From: Octopus vulgaris
Taxonomy: Eukaryota
Assembly: GCA_951406725.2 (NCBI GenBank)
Contig: OX597833.1
Coordinates: 35,464,001 to 35,528,000 of the forward strand
Reading direction: 5' to 3'
DNA length: 64,000 nt
Below, piece by piece: positions 44,790 through 58,265 of the stretch. Below the pieces are notes generated by a model that was not told the origin of the DNA, searched no databases, and saw only the letters and a list, made by a program, of their open reading frames with translations. The position numbers and the translations under genes were made by a program. Every line of letters begins with the position of its first letter. The stretch's first letter is position 1.

Positions 44790-45850
44790 GTTTCAAATGT
44801 AAGAGTGTGATAATTGTACGATAAATGTGACGCTAAGAAGGCGACATTTTAAAAATACATGTCATTGTAAGGTGACAGTTATATCGTACATAAGACAGAG
44901 ACACTATGACAGCTATAAAATACATGTCACTGTACGAACTTTAGAGCTACACACATGTGATTGAAAAATAGTGGCAGTTGTAAGATACATACAACTATGA
45001 GAATGTAACTGTTGTAACATATATATTAGTGTAAAGTAAAAAGTGAGTTATAGAGCTATAGCACGTATATAACTGTGAGAACGTACCAACTGTGAAGGTG
45101 ATGACTACAAGGTGCATGGAATTATCAAGAGGCAACATTTGTAGCAAATATGCAATTGGGAGCAGGTGACATTAACAGCGAGATAATTATGTAACTGTGA
45201 GGTGTCAGGTCTTTATATCTGTAACAGTGGGAAAGGTGACAGTTGCAACATAAACGTAACTGTGAGAGGGTGACAAGTGTAACACGTAACTGGGAAAAGT
45301 TGGCAGTTATAAGTTACATGTGATATGTAGCTGTTAGAGGTGTGACGTGGAAGGTAAAAGTTACACATGCGATTGAGAAAGTATAGCACTTGTAATGGTG
45401 GGTGTTTGTAAAATCATTTGTGAGAAGGTTATAGCGGTATATGTAACTATAAGAAGGCGACCATTGTAACATAAATGTAACTACGAAAGGATGGAAGTAG
45501 ATGGATGTATCTACGAGAAGGTGACACTTGTAAGATGCATATAACGGTGACAAGTGACAACTATATCAAGTATACCTGTGAAAAACTGGCAGCTGCACAA
45601 TACATAGAGGTTGAATAATTTTGAACACACAGACATATTTAATAATGAGAATTGACCTGTGGAGAAACATGTAATTTGTAATTGACAGCAATTGACGTAC
45701 ATGTAACCACGAAAGGTGCCACTTATTTCATACATTTAAATGGGAGAAGTGACAGCTGTAATATATATGTAAAAAGTTTATCGATTTTGACAAGAATAAA
45801 ACAGTGAGTATTGATAGCCATAACACATGTATAACTACGAAACGTCGTAA
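44790..45850. repeat. Degenerate minisatellite, ~34-bp unit, ~1 kb
   Basis: Approximate consensus GAAGGTGACAGTTGTAACATACATGTAACTGTGA, e.g. AAAGGTGACAGTTGCAACATAAACGTAACTGTGA and GAAGGCGACCATTGTAACATAAATGTAACTACGA. Confidence 0.75.
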
Positions 45851-46186
45851 GATAATTATTGCATTCTACAGTATCTATAAGTTATTAAAGGATTCACAAA
45901 TATACAAACTTTACTATCCTGAAATCTAATATCAAATATATAAGTCGATTTTAAACCCCAATCTTCGCTGAAAATCATTTGATATTATCTGTAAATCTAT
46001 GCAACTCTGTACGAGCGCTTAAATCCATATACATTCTTTATCATTTATAAACTATGCGTATATATCACACACGGTACCTACCGCTTGCTTTCTATCTCTC
46101 TTTCGCTCTCCTTCCCTCCTAATCTATCATTTTATATACATGTGCAGACATGTACGCGCACAGACATACGCATGTATACACACCGG

Positions 46187-46310
46187 GTGACCTGGCAGAG
46201 ACTTTAGTGCGCCGGACAGAATGCTTCGCTGTATTTGATCCAATTCTTTGTACTCCGGATTCAAATCAGCTTCGCCTCCCATTTTTCGGAGACGATAAAA
46301 AAGTACTAAT
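46187..46310 (+). mobile_element. Diverged SINE family A fragment
   Basis: GGTGACCTGGCAGAGACTTTAGTGCGCCGGACAGAATGCTT...GGATTCAAATC...GATAAAAAAGTAC. Confidence 0.65.
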
Positions 46311-46356
46311 CTAAGACGGTGAATTGTCAAAACTGCAAAGAGATGGCTCCGAATAC

Positions 46357-46582
46357 CTTGTGTTATTTGTTCCGGCTCTTTGCCTTATGAATCCAGCTTC
46401 CGTTATGGCCCAGTTGGGTTGGCTCGGTGAAACGCCACCATCTGGTACTTGGTTGACTTTAGCAAAGTCCAGTCTGTTGCAAGCATTCAGGACAGGCTTC
46501 CGGTTGAGAATATCATTCTCTGTTCCCCCACCACTTGTCTTGGAGGACATGCAACGTGTCATGGGTACTTCCTTCCTTCTGA
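46357..46582 (-). CDS. Candidate internal coding exon (226 nt, phase 1-2), product unknown
   Basis: Acceptor TTATCCTTTTAG|TC and donor AAG|GTATTC. Only one of three frames is open: RRKEVPMTRCMSSKTSGGGTENDILNRKPVLNACNRLDFAKVNQVPDGGVSPSQPNWAITEAGFIRQRAGTNNT. Roughly balanced GC against AT-rich flanks. Confidence 0.6.
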
Positions 46583-46699
46583 CTAAAAGGATAACACATG
46601 CGCACACACACGCACAAACATACGCACGCTCGCAAACTCACATACACACGTATGACACTAATTTCACATGTTTATGTGCACACACGTGTATATGTGTGA

Positions 46700-46735
<36 letters not shown>

Positions 46736-47003
46736 GTGTGTGTGTGTGTGTATGTTTGTGAATGTTTAAAAGACAAACAGTGAAATACTGAAAACAACTT
46801 CAAAAGTAATAATTGTTTATTAATTTCCCGTCAAGCAAGGAGAAATCTGGATAGGAGAATTGAAATCGAAACCAACCTTATTACTGTGGTTTATATCGTC
46901 TTAAAAAGAGGGCCAAAATTATTTTCAGTGTTTAATCCTGCTAAAGTAATTAAAATGGTCATACTCTTAACTTTGAAATATAACTCACATTAAATGGACA
47001 ACC

Positions 47004-47050
<47 letters not shown>

Positions 47051-47325
47051 TTTACTCTTCCGTTAAGGTACGATCAACAAAAAGCGTACTCAATCCAGTG
47101 AGAGATAAATGTAATTTTACGTACACAGTATAAAAATGTGAGTTACTAATGGCTCTTTGCTTTGGAGACTCGGTCTAGACAGGTTTTTATAACACGCCTT
47201 ATATCTCCAAGCAATCATAGGACTCTGAGCACATGTTCTATTCATTTTGCAAATCAAGATCAATCAGGATGATAACACAAGAAGAAAAAAATGGAAATGC
47301 ACAACAAAGAAATATGTAAATATAT

Positions 47326-47716
47326 TCTTTTATTCTTTTACTTGTTTCAGTCATTTGACTGCTGCCATGCTGGAGCACTGCTTTCAATAGAGCAAAACGA
47401 CTCCAAGTCTTATTCGTTGTAAGCCTAGTACTGATTCTATCGGTACTTTTGCCGAACCGCTAAGTTACGGGGACGTAAAACACATCAGCATCGGTTGTCA
47501 AGCGATTTTGGGTGGACAAACACAGACACACAAACATATAGACACACATACATACATATATATAAATCTTTCAGTTTCCATCTACCAAATCCACTCACAA
47601 GGCTTTCGTCGGCCCATGGATATAGTGGAAAACACTTGCCCAAGATGCCACGTAGTGGGACTGAACCCGGAACATGTGACTGGTAAGCAAGCTACTTACC
47701 ACACAGCCGCTCCTGC
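47326..47716 (-). mobile_element. SINE family B, full length
   Basis: Colinear with 18832-19216, including CACTTGCCCAAGATGCCACGTAGTGGGACTGAACCCGG. Confidence 0.92.
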
Positions 47717-47763
47717 ATGTGTTTATATATGCATTTATGTATGTATGTATGTATATATGTATG

Positions 47764-47796
<33 letters not shown>

Positions 47797-47870
47797 TTGT
47801 ATGTATGTATGTATGTATGCATCTATCTATCTATCTATCTACCTACCTACCTACCTACCTACCTACCTAC

Positions 47871-47914
<44 letters not shown>

Positions 47915-48517
47915 ATATCTTGCTATCTTTCTGTCTATCAACTCACAGACACACAGACACATACACAGACACACACACGTTTACATTCTCACGTACATAA
48001 ATACTTACACAACCATACCTACACACGTTTACACAATTCTTTGTTGTTACATATTTATCTAACAATAATCTTAATATATAAAACATTTTCAAATTCTTGC
48101 GTTTTATGAATTGTTTACTCGTTAGTGAGAATGGATGCATTAACCAAAGGAAACAAAGAAAAAAAACAACAACAAAAAACAAAATAAAAAAAAAACAATG
48201 AGAAATCATAAAAGAAAACAAATGCAAGTTGGCAAAGTCAGCAATTTATAAGATTAATTGAAGACAAACTTATTGGTGTTGCAAAATAAATTGCTAATAA
48301 ACTGTGAATAAATGACACATCACATGTGATATCTATATGTCGGTTTTATACCATGTCCTTATATGATAATTGACAGAATAAGAATAACTGAAATATCGTA
48401 GCATATCAATGATGGGTTAGTTTCCTACCTTGACAGTTTTTACACGTTCATTGTGATTCCAGAGCTTGTGCAACGTTTGGAATGTAAATGTAACTGCAAC
48501 ACACCTTTATACATACA

Positions 48518-48556
<39 letters not shown>

Positions 48557-48964
48557 AATATCAATAAGGTACAAGTTTCTGGTATGATTCTTCTTGCTTT
48601 TATATACTCTTGCAACATGTATATATTATACTGATTGCTTGAAAAGTGTTCCTTCCAGAAGTCGTTTGGGATTATTCTTGCTATTTCAGTACACCTTGGT
48701 CCCCTTGTTTTTATCCGGTCGTTTACGGATTTTAGACATATGCTAAAAGTTATCGAGAAAAAAAAAAAGTAAAAGAAAATGAAGCTAACTAGGTAGATAG
48801 GCCAAAAAGACTAGCACAGAACGAAAGAGCCACAATGTGATAGCTTGAACTGCTAAAAATAGCAGCAAAATATCTTTGAACTCAGTTCTTTCCACCGTAA
48901 AAGTAAATGTATGGAGTAATAATGCCAGTCGACGTAATAACTCCAAGTTTCTGTAGAATCAGGT

Positions 48965-49009
<45 letters not shown>

Positions 49010-49085
49010 GAGAGCAGGATAAATTAATAAATAAATGAATAGACAGACGGACAGACAGACAGATAGATTTATAGATAGATAGATG

Positions 49086-49144
<59 letters not shown>

Positions 49145-49148
49145 TGAC

Positions 49149-49185
<37 letters not shown>

Positions 49186-50243
49186 TAAACGTTTTACGAC
49201 TGAATCGATTTTACTGTTGAGTTTTGAATATTGTTTTGTGAGTTAACGGACTACAAAATAGACATCATAAGAGTTGAGGTTAGTACCCGACACTTTTCGC
49301 CCGAGCAGCTGTATTATAATGTAATGAAATTACTATGTACCGACACAAAGCATGGTAACGCGTCCGCGCGCGCACACACGCACAAGCAGACATTCACGTA
49401 TGAAAATATACATGAATGTAACTATAAGACTATAGTATTACAAACATATAACTATAAACTGAAATATAAACCGACCACTAGTTAGACAAGTGAACATAAG
49501 ATTTATTATAAAAAAAAAAAACGATTGTTTAAATAATAAGTAAAAAAAAAACCCGGCTACCATAGACACAGACATATGTTACAAGGATTGGTGTAAAGAT
49601 ATTAATGTTAGTATCAAAACTTATGACCTAGTTTAATTCTTGCCAGTTTATCAGCATTGTTGAGGTCAGGAACATTAACATCATAGTTGATTGTGAAATT
49701 TTCAACAGGTTTCATTCTTCTAAACACAAAGATTCACACACGCATTCACATATTCACACACACATCCACACACAGATATATAGATAGACATATATAGAAC
49801 AGACTGGCAGGCAGGCACGCACACGAATACGCACCCCCAGACACAGGCCGACGCGTACTTATACATATAGATATATCCATACACATACACAGTTAGAAAG
49901 TTGTGAGGCTGAGTTAGAAAGGGAGAGAAGTAAGGGAGATTGAAATTCTTTCACAAGTCTAATTTCAAAGCAGCTACCAATGTCAACTTGACCTTACATC
50001 TTTGGAAAGTTGACAAAATAAATGTCAATTATTGAATAGAGGGTAACATTTGAGTGAGACTCGATATCGCATGACAGAATGTATTATTGGACTTTCTCTC
50101 TAGATTAACAGAGATAAAGCTAAATGGACAATGAATATTGCCCCCCCCCACCTTCACTTTCTCGGTTTCTCCCTCTCTTCGAATAAATATACTTATGTGT
50201 GTGTATGTTATGTATACATAACACACGAACACATGTTAATAAC

Positions 50244-50334
<91 letters not shown>

Positions 50335-50639
50335 TTGGTTGCTTGTCTGTGTATGTAGTTGTAGGTGTATGTATGTACGTACCTGTAATAATTAAAAAAA
50401 AGAAAAGAAAAAAAAGATGAGAGACTACAGCCACACCGTACCCTTATTTCGGATATTCTAATCGTTCGGGTAGTTGCTGCCACGAGACATAGACACTGGC
50501 ATGACTCTCCATCCATGACCTAGACAAACATCCAAAATGTGATGGCCGAAGGGAGGCAGGGGGGCTGTGCTAATCTAAAAAAATACCGTATTACAGAGGA
50601 CGCAACGACTCCGTGTATATATATACATATATTTGCTGT

Positions 50640-50950
50640 ATTTATTTTTATTGTATTTTTTTATTGTATTTATATTTGTGTAACATTGTCCGTTTTTTCT
50701 GTCCTTGTTTTGTATACATTCGCTAATGCCCTTAGCTTAGTTCTTGGGGCTGGCCAGATTGGAGCAATCTCAAGAATAATCAGCCAAAATTGCGAGGATA
50801 ATCTAGTTCTTGATTGAAGATAGAAAACTTCGAATGTCCCCCGTCCTTGTTTTCTTTGTATCATCTATCTGGATGTTTCGTTGTCCCTTTTTGTATCATC
50901 TAGTTGTCCGGATGATTTGCGTTCTTGTCCCATTTTGTATTTTTTTAAAT
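50640..50950 (+). mobile_element. Penelope-like terminal repeat remnant (may extend left to ~50440)
   Basis: T-rich repeat with a degenerate hammerhead core TTGAAGA...CGAATGTC at 50814-50838; related sequence at 5110-5300. The family assignment is inferred. Confidence 0.45.
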
Positions 50951-50962
50951 ATATATATAAAT

Positions 50963-51002
<40 letters not shown>

Positions 51003-51052
51003 TATATTATGTTATATATAATATATATCATATATATATATAATATAATATA

Positions 51053-51091
<39 letters not shown>

Positions 51092-51535
51092 TATGGACCA
51101 GTTTTTCTTTTAGACGTTTACTTAAGCCACAACTACATCTAATATATTTCTAATTTGTTTTATCTTGATTTTATTTTGCACTACAAAACACTTCTTGAAT
51201 GTGTTTCGCTAGCTGTTAGTGACACACACACAAACAAACACAGATATTCAAACGTATATACTCACGTACGTGTATGCATGTGTGAAGGTTATACAAATGT
51301 ACGTGTGTGCATGTGTGCGTGTGCGTATAACATTGTGCAATAATGTATTTCCGGTTGATTCGTTCTGCTTAAACATCCAAAGTTGGGTTACAAACAACCA
51401 TAATGGTGAAACGTACGTAGGAAATAATGATATAAACTTGCGTTTATCGTAAATCCTCATGCACACACACACACACACGTTCATGCATACATACATACAT
51501 ACACACACGCACACACACACATATATATATACATA

Positions 51536-51574
<39 letters not shown>

Positions 51575-51628
51575 CGCGTACGTATGTATATATATATACA
51601 TATGCGTCTGTGTCTGTGAGTCTGCGAG

Positions 51629-51747
<119 letters not shown>

Positions 51748-52861
51748 GTCTGTCTGTCTGTATGTATGTATGTATGTATGTATGTATGTATGTATGTATG
51801 TATGTATGTATGTATGTATGTATGTGTTTGTGTACGTATATCAGCAAAGATAATTTGACTGTGCGATTTTTTAACTGAACTTTAAAATCTATAAGTTATA
51901 AATCCGTGGATTCCTCGCCTTTTCAAATGACTTCTCAGTATGAATGTAGTACATTTAAAGAGTTAACTCGCATTGTTCGTAATGTTTCTCTGTTTTGTTA
52001 AGCCAGTTGGATCTAACGACCAGTTCGGTCTGACATCTTCAGTCAGGTACAGTTTCAAATACACATCTATGAGAAGTAACACATACACATCCATCGAGAT
52101 AAAGCAACTTATTATCATCGTAATAAATAATCGAATACTTCACTCTGTGTTCTGCGGAATACAAAACATTTCTGGTCTCATGGGTTGTGACACTTTTATT
52201 AAAGGGCATATCTAATAAAACAGAAGACGAGAGAATCAATGCAGTATTTTGGTCTCACTGCTGGGTATTACAATTATAGGAATTTTCTTCAGTCTTATAA
52301 TTTGTTTTATTTCTTTCTAACGATTTTAGAAAGAGTTGATCCAATCGAAATTTCAAATACAAGTTCTTTCGAACCTTTAAATACCATAACGATAGAACAA
52401 TAAACACAATTAATTTGTTAAATTTTATTCTTTATAAGTCAATTTTTAGATCCAACTTTGACTTTTCAGTACTGAGTGTAGTTTTGTTGAGAGCATGCAC
52501 GGAATAACTAACTGGGCCAGTGGTCTTTTTTATTCCTCCTGCATATATATATATTCAGTTTAAGAATCAAGAATAACTTGTACCATCTCTGAGAGCTAGA
52601 ACAGGACTAGCTTGAAATATATTATACTTCAATAACCGTAGAAAAATAAAAGGAAAAAAACTTGAATCCACTAAGAGATAATAGAATTTAGTAAAATAAA
52701 TTAATAATTATTAGCTGTATTGATCAATTACTCTGAGATTTATTTATAAAATAATTATCAATTGATTAGGCCACCTAACGAGGACTGTCTTCTTATAACT
52801 TGTATCATGTTATATATATATATATATGTATATACATGTGTGTGTGTGTGTGTGTGTGTGT

Positions 52862-53045
52862 AGAAGCACTCCGTCGGGTACGACGACGAGGGTCCCAGCT
52901 GATACGATCAACGGAACAGCTTGCTCGTGAAATTAACGTGCAAGTGGCTGAGCACTCCACAGACACGTGTACCCTTAACGTTGTTCTCCGGGAGATTCAG
53001 CGTGACACAGTGTGACAAGGCTGGACCTTTGAAATACAGGTACTC
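52862..53045 (-). mobile_element. Fragment of an interspersed repeat (probable SINE 3' part)
   Basis: GC-rich block CTCGTGAAATTAACGTGCAAGTGGCTGAGCACTCCACAGACACGTGTACCCTTAACG, recalled as an abundant octopod repeat. Single copy in this window. Confidence 0.55.
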
Positions 53046-53074
53046 GACACATTTAGTAGGGCTTTTGCCATGAT

Positions 53075-53245
53075 AGATCGCTAGCCACTACACATTCTTT
53101 ATTTTCTCTCCTTGTTTCTTTCTGCGTTCTTTTCCGTGGATGAGCGTAGGCTCGAAACATTAAAGACTTTTTCACTTCCCGAGCATTAAACTAATGCATC
53201 TGTTTGTTGTCTATACCACCTGTCTTCGTCTTTTTTTCTCCCCTT
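53075..53245 (+). mobile_element. Penelope-like non-autonomous repeat with a hammerhead-like motif (copy 2)
   Basis: Aligns with the reverse complement of 18143-18335; contains TGGATGA-GCGTAGGCTC-GAAAC-ATTA. Confidence 0.6.
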
Positions 53246-53600
53246 AGATATATATCAGTTTGATTCGGCCCCGTATAACTTATAGATTCGTAGGCTCCTT
53301 ATAGAAACGTAGCTCGTAGAGATCAATTAAATGAATAGAGATGATGCAGATATATGAATTACTACGTGTCCTGTGATACAGTACGTTCGGTAATACCAAC
53401 AAAGAAACAAAGTTATTCCACACAACAATTTCCTCTCTATCTCTATCCGTGTATCAGTCAATGAATGAATCTACCTCTCTATGTATGCATGTATGTATGT
53501 ATGTATGTATGTATGTATGTATGTATGTATGTATGTATGTATGTATCTGTCTGTTTTTCTCTCTCTCTCTATATATATATATAAATATATATGTATGTAT

Positions 53601-53633
<33 letters not shown>

Positions 53634-53636
53634 ATA

Positions 53637-54548
53637 TTAAGTCATCCCATAAATAATGCGGTTTATGTTATACTTATATTTTTGAGAATTCAGATAAGCA
53701 AAGTTCTATTTTGGTCTAAAAAAAAAACCCTTCTTCATCTTCTATAATGCTCTGCTCTTATGGTAGATTTGCAAGACCCCTCTTCCAAACTTCATTTGTC
53801 CGTGATAAGAAATATTCCCCCTGTACTGTTATGACCTTGTCTGCAGATTTCATATTTTTCCGTGCAAATGATTTTGAAGACTGTGGAATAAATAATAATC
53901 AGATGGGACAATGTCCGGCGAATATGGTGGGTGAGACATCGTTTCTCATTCAAGCTACTCCAGTCTTCGGATTGTCATCCTTGCTGTATGTGGCCGAACA
54001 TTATCCTAATGGAAGAACCCCTTTTGTCTTCAAACCAAAGATGGTGGTTTTTCTTCTAGCGCGCATGTCGATGAATGGTTGATTGATCAAGTCTAATCTT
54101 CTCAGCTAGCTCCATAACAGTTCCGATGGGATTTTATTCCACCAGAGTTTTGCAGGACATCCTCGCCGAGCTCTACAGATCTTCTAGGACGAGGCTTGTC
54201 TTCTAGGCTGTAGTTTCCAGCTGAGAATTTCTGGAATCACCATTGACGCTTATTGTCCGATCGCCATATACTGCATTAATATTCCTCGCACTTTCCGTTA
54301 CGTTGTTGCTTTTATTGAACTCATAAAGCAAAATATATCGATTATGCGCCTTTGTCACTTCCATTATAGCTTTAAAAAAATAACTTTTAAAATCGAACTG
54401 CACTCTTCAAAACTTGCACAAAGGATAAGGACAAGGTAATATATACTACCTGCTTTTATAGCAAGTTGATGCAGGTAGCTTATCCCGTCCCACTCCGACT
54501 TTTAGTTCGTGACATTGAAAAAACCGCATTATTTATGGGATGACCCTA
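53637..54548 (-). mobile_element. Internally deleted mariner (DD34D) transposon
   Basis: TIR GTCATCCCATAAATAATGCGGTTT and its exact inverse AAACCGCATTATTTATGGGATGAC, with TA on both flanks. Minus-strand MEVTKAHNRYILLYEFNKSNNVTESARNINAVYG (mariner N-terminus) and SHPPYSPDIVPSDYYLFHSLQNHL (YSPDLAPSD motif). The central region is missing. Confidence 0.95.
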
Positions 54549-54571
54549 TATATATATATATATATATATAC

Positions 54572-54658
<87 letters not shown>

Positions 54659-54910
54659 TATGAATGCACACTCACATATATGTATATAAATGCATGTGTG
54701 TATTTACGTATGTATGTGTGTGTTTGTGTGTGTACATTCACACACATATTCACGTATACATATATGTATATGTGTCCATAATATAACATTCTTGTTAGTG
54801 TTTTACTCATGCGATAATTTCCACTAGAATTTCTGAAGTTTTCCACAACTATTCGTATATATAAACCTGCATATTTCTATCTCAACAAATAACAGTGCTC
54901 ACCTTCACAA

Positions 54911-54987
<77 letters not shown>

Positions 54988-55002
54988 GTCTGTCTGTCTG
55001 TA

Positions 55003-55047
<45 letters not shown>

Positions 55048-55778
55048 GCCTGCTTGCCTGTCTGTCTGTCTGCCTGCCTGCCTGTCTGTCAAAGTTTATG
55101 GTATTATAGATCCATTACAGCTGATCTTACCTTTCAGTTTTGCATTGGTTATAAAACCGGATACTAGATGACGGTACGGTTAAGTAATACTGCGTACTCT
55201 TGAGAGACTGGAGATATATAAAAAAATATGATGAGTAGTCGTCCATGTATATATACCTATATGTATCCATCTATATGTCTATAGGTATCTATCTATGTAT
55301 ATCTCCCAGTCCATCTTGTCTATATTTATATGCATGTATACGTATATATACACATGTATGTGTATGTGCATATGTATCTCTATATTTCTATGTGTGTAAG
55401 AGTAAGAGGGAGATAAATAGAGAGACAATGAAAGACAGTTGGTCTCTCACATTTAATTATTCGACTGTCACGTTGCTGAAAATCAAACTTCACATATCCA
55501 GTGTGGTGATTGGGAGTATGAAATTCGAATTACTAGATGTCAGGTTCCAGCTGTCATGATTATAAGAAACTCTCCCTGTCTCTGTCTGTCTGTCTGTCTA
55601 TCTCTTCCATGTTCTACTTTTTTGACCTGCCTGCATGTACTTAAGTACATTATATATATCCACCCATTTACGAACACACACATACCCCCCTACATACACA
55701 TGTATAATTATACTTATATACAAGCCTGCATCTAAGTATGTGTGTGTGCACATCCACACACCTACAGATAGATATTGA

Positions 55779-55825
<47 letters not shown>

Positions 55826-55844
55826 GTATATATATATATTTATG

Positions 55845-55900
<56 letters not shown>

Positions 55901-56115
55901 TATGTATGTATGTACGTATGTATGTAGTGATGAGGTTGTTTTGTGCCCAGTGTCACTAAATGTCCATCAGGATCGGTGCGATTTGAGGGACTTACTGCGA
56001 CTAGAAGAGTTACTGATTTCTTTCAGTTGTAGATAAATGGATCGGAATGGGTTGAAAGATAATTCTTACTATATGCATTTCGTTCAAATTTCATATTAAC
56101 AATATGTATTAGTTG

Positions 56116-56272
56116 TAGGTGCAGGCGTGGCTGTGTGGTAAGAAGTTTGTTTTACAACCACATGGTGGCAAGTTCAGTCCCACTTCGCGGCGCTTTGAGC
56201 AAGTGTATTCTTCTATAACCACAGGCCAACCAAAGCCTTGTGAGTGCATTTCGTACTCGGAAACTGAAAACA
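56116..56272 (+). mobile_element. SINE family B, 5' half
   Basis: GCAGGCGTGGCTGTGTGGTAAG...AGTTCAGTCCCAC...CCAAAGCCTTGTGAGTG. Confidence 0.85.
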
Positions 56273-56479
56273 GCATATATGCATGTGTGTGTGTGTTATA
56301 TGTGTTATATATCTTATATATGTTATATATATATATGTAATATATAATACACATTCACACGCACACACATTCAAACTCACACACATTCACACTCACACAC
56401 ATTCACACTCACACATTCACTCTCACACACATTCACACTCACACACACACACATAAGGTGTCAAACATAAGCCACTAGT

Positions 56480-57110
56480 TCACCAGTTCCTAGACACCCC
56501 TATCAAGGTCAATGGAATGAAAAATCGCCAGTATGGGAAATCTTTCATATATCTTGGCTGTAAGATGGACTCAAATGGATCTCTCGATATCGAGATAATT
56601 TATGCAAACCTTCGACTGCATTTGGCAAACACTGTCATTGAATGAGAGAGAGAGAGTGAGAGTGAGAGAGAGAAACTAGACACCACGACAGAGGTTTACA
56701 AGGCTGTCGCACAGGCCACATTCTTGTATGGATCAGTATCTTGGACTCCATTCAGGTTGAACATCAACCAACAAGACGTCTTTCATAAAAGCTGTATTTG
56801 GGCAATCTGTGATTACACCCATGTGAATAAAATAGGAAACGCCGATCTCTTCACTAAGTTTATAATTGGAAGCATGGAGAGCTTTGTCATGCAGTCACAA
56901 CTCACAACTAGAATGAATGGCAAAGGAGTATCTAGAGTCCTTATGTATATTCAGCTTGATAATGGAACACCGACATGTTGGACAGCCATGGCTCAGGTAC
57001 AAAGACAAACTGTATAAATATCTAAATAAATATGTGTAACATTCCAAGCTAAGTCTTACTTGACCTTTGTGCAGGCTGATCTAAGAGTTCAGATATTTTG
57101 GGTACCTTAA
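56480..57110 (+). mobile_element. Decayed RTE (BovB-like) LINE, RT C-terminal region
   Basis: SFIYLGCKMDSNGSLDIEI and EVYKAVAQATFLYGSVSWT...VFHKSCIWAI match the RTE motifs F.YLGS and VY.A.V...LLYG.E.W; RYKD lies near the end. Confidence 0.88.
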
Positions 57111-57271
57111 AGGGTAGCCTAGATTTTGGGATTTAGATCTCTACAGAGATCACCGTGCGAAATCGTCGCTGTGAGTTCGTTCATATGGTAGGAGGTAAAT
57201 GTGCAAGACTATTTCAATGGTGTGTAGTGTGAACGCTGCCACTCATCATAGGATGTGATATTACACAGTAG

Positions 57272-57348
<77 letters not shown>

Positions 57349-57349
57349 G

Positions 57350-57444
<95 letters not shown>

Positions 57445-57609
57445 GTCTATACATACATACAAGCATACATACATGCATGCATACATTCATACATTCGTAT
57501 TTACATTTATATGAATGTGTATTTTTGTGTGTATATTGTGTTGTTAATGCAGTTATAAATAAATTCCTCTATAACTGTGAGGTTATACCAAGTTTGTGTC
57601 TTTCATTAG

Positions 57610-58265
57610 AATAGAAATGCAAACGATCTTCATATCGAGAAAGCATAACCACACCTCTGCCCTTCATCATGTGCAGCACACAGCTAGAACCCTCAAAATC
57701 CCTCCAGTTATGTTTCACGTAAAACCCGGATCTATCCATAGCATAAGGAAAGCACATCCTTAACATACCTAGAGGACTGGCACCTTAAAAACTGGCCTTT
57801 TCCTTTTGAACCAGAAGGTACATACACCACAAACATTTATTGATACTCTATAAAGTTTAAATGAAGTCTATAACGTAGTAGTTGCTCTCACATCGGAGCA
57901 GTGTTACCGCTGCATACATAAACACTTTAGACCCAGTTGAATGTCATAATGTCACTCAGGGATACAATGAATGGCCTTTGCTCCTTGGAGCTGCCTACCT
58001 CGACTAAGTCACTTTCGTCCCACTTGTCTGGCCTCTCCACATTACCCTTGTACGCAACCTCCCAGGACCGGCAGTAATCTCTACACCCAGCTATTCCTTT
58101 CTAGGACATAAGCTCTCGGGAATCCCTTACCTGGTGATATGATCCCCGTCGGTGTTGACTTACAAATGTTCAAGGAGAACATAAATGTCATCAATTTCGT
58201 CATTCTAGGAGGAGCTGCAAAGGCTAGGTATACAACTCCTTCCTCCAGAACTAGCGAGTAAAAAT
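57610..58265 (+). mobile_element. Decayed CR1/L2-type LINE 3' end
   Basis: KHILNI...KLAF...HLLILYK, then PRTGSNLYTQLFLSRT*ALGNPLPGDMIPVGVDLQMFKENIN, matching the SFF.RT...WN.LP...FK C-terminal motif. A-rich end. Confidence 0.75.

Noticed and set aside
43355-45850. CRISPR-like periodic repeats
   Set aside because: The units are contiguous and uniformly diverged with no spacers or cas genes, and the context is eukaryotic.
50442-50519. Minus-strand 78-nt exon candidate (VMDGESCQCLCLV..., or SWMESHASVYVSWQQLPERLEYPK*)
   Set aside because: It has AG/GT borders but abuts a Penelope-like remnant. The + strand (RDI...HDSP) resembles a decayed GIY-YIG segment, so a repeat origin is at least as likely.
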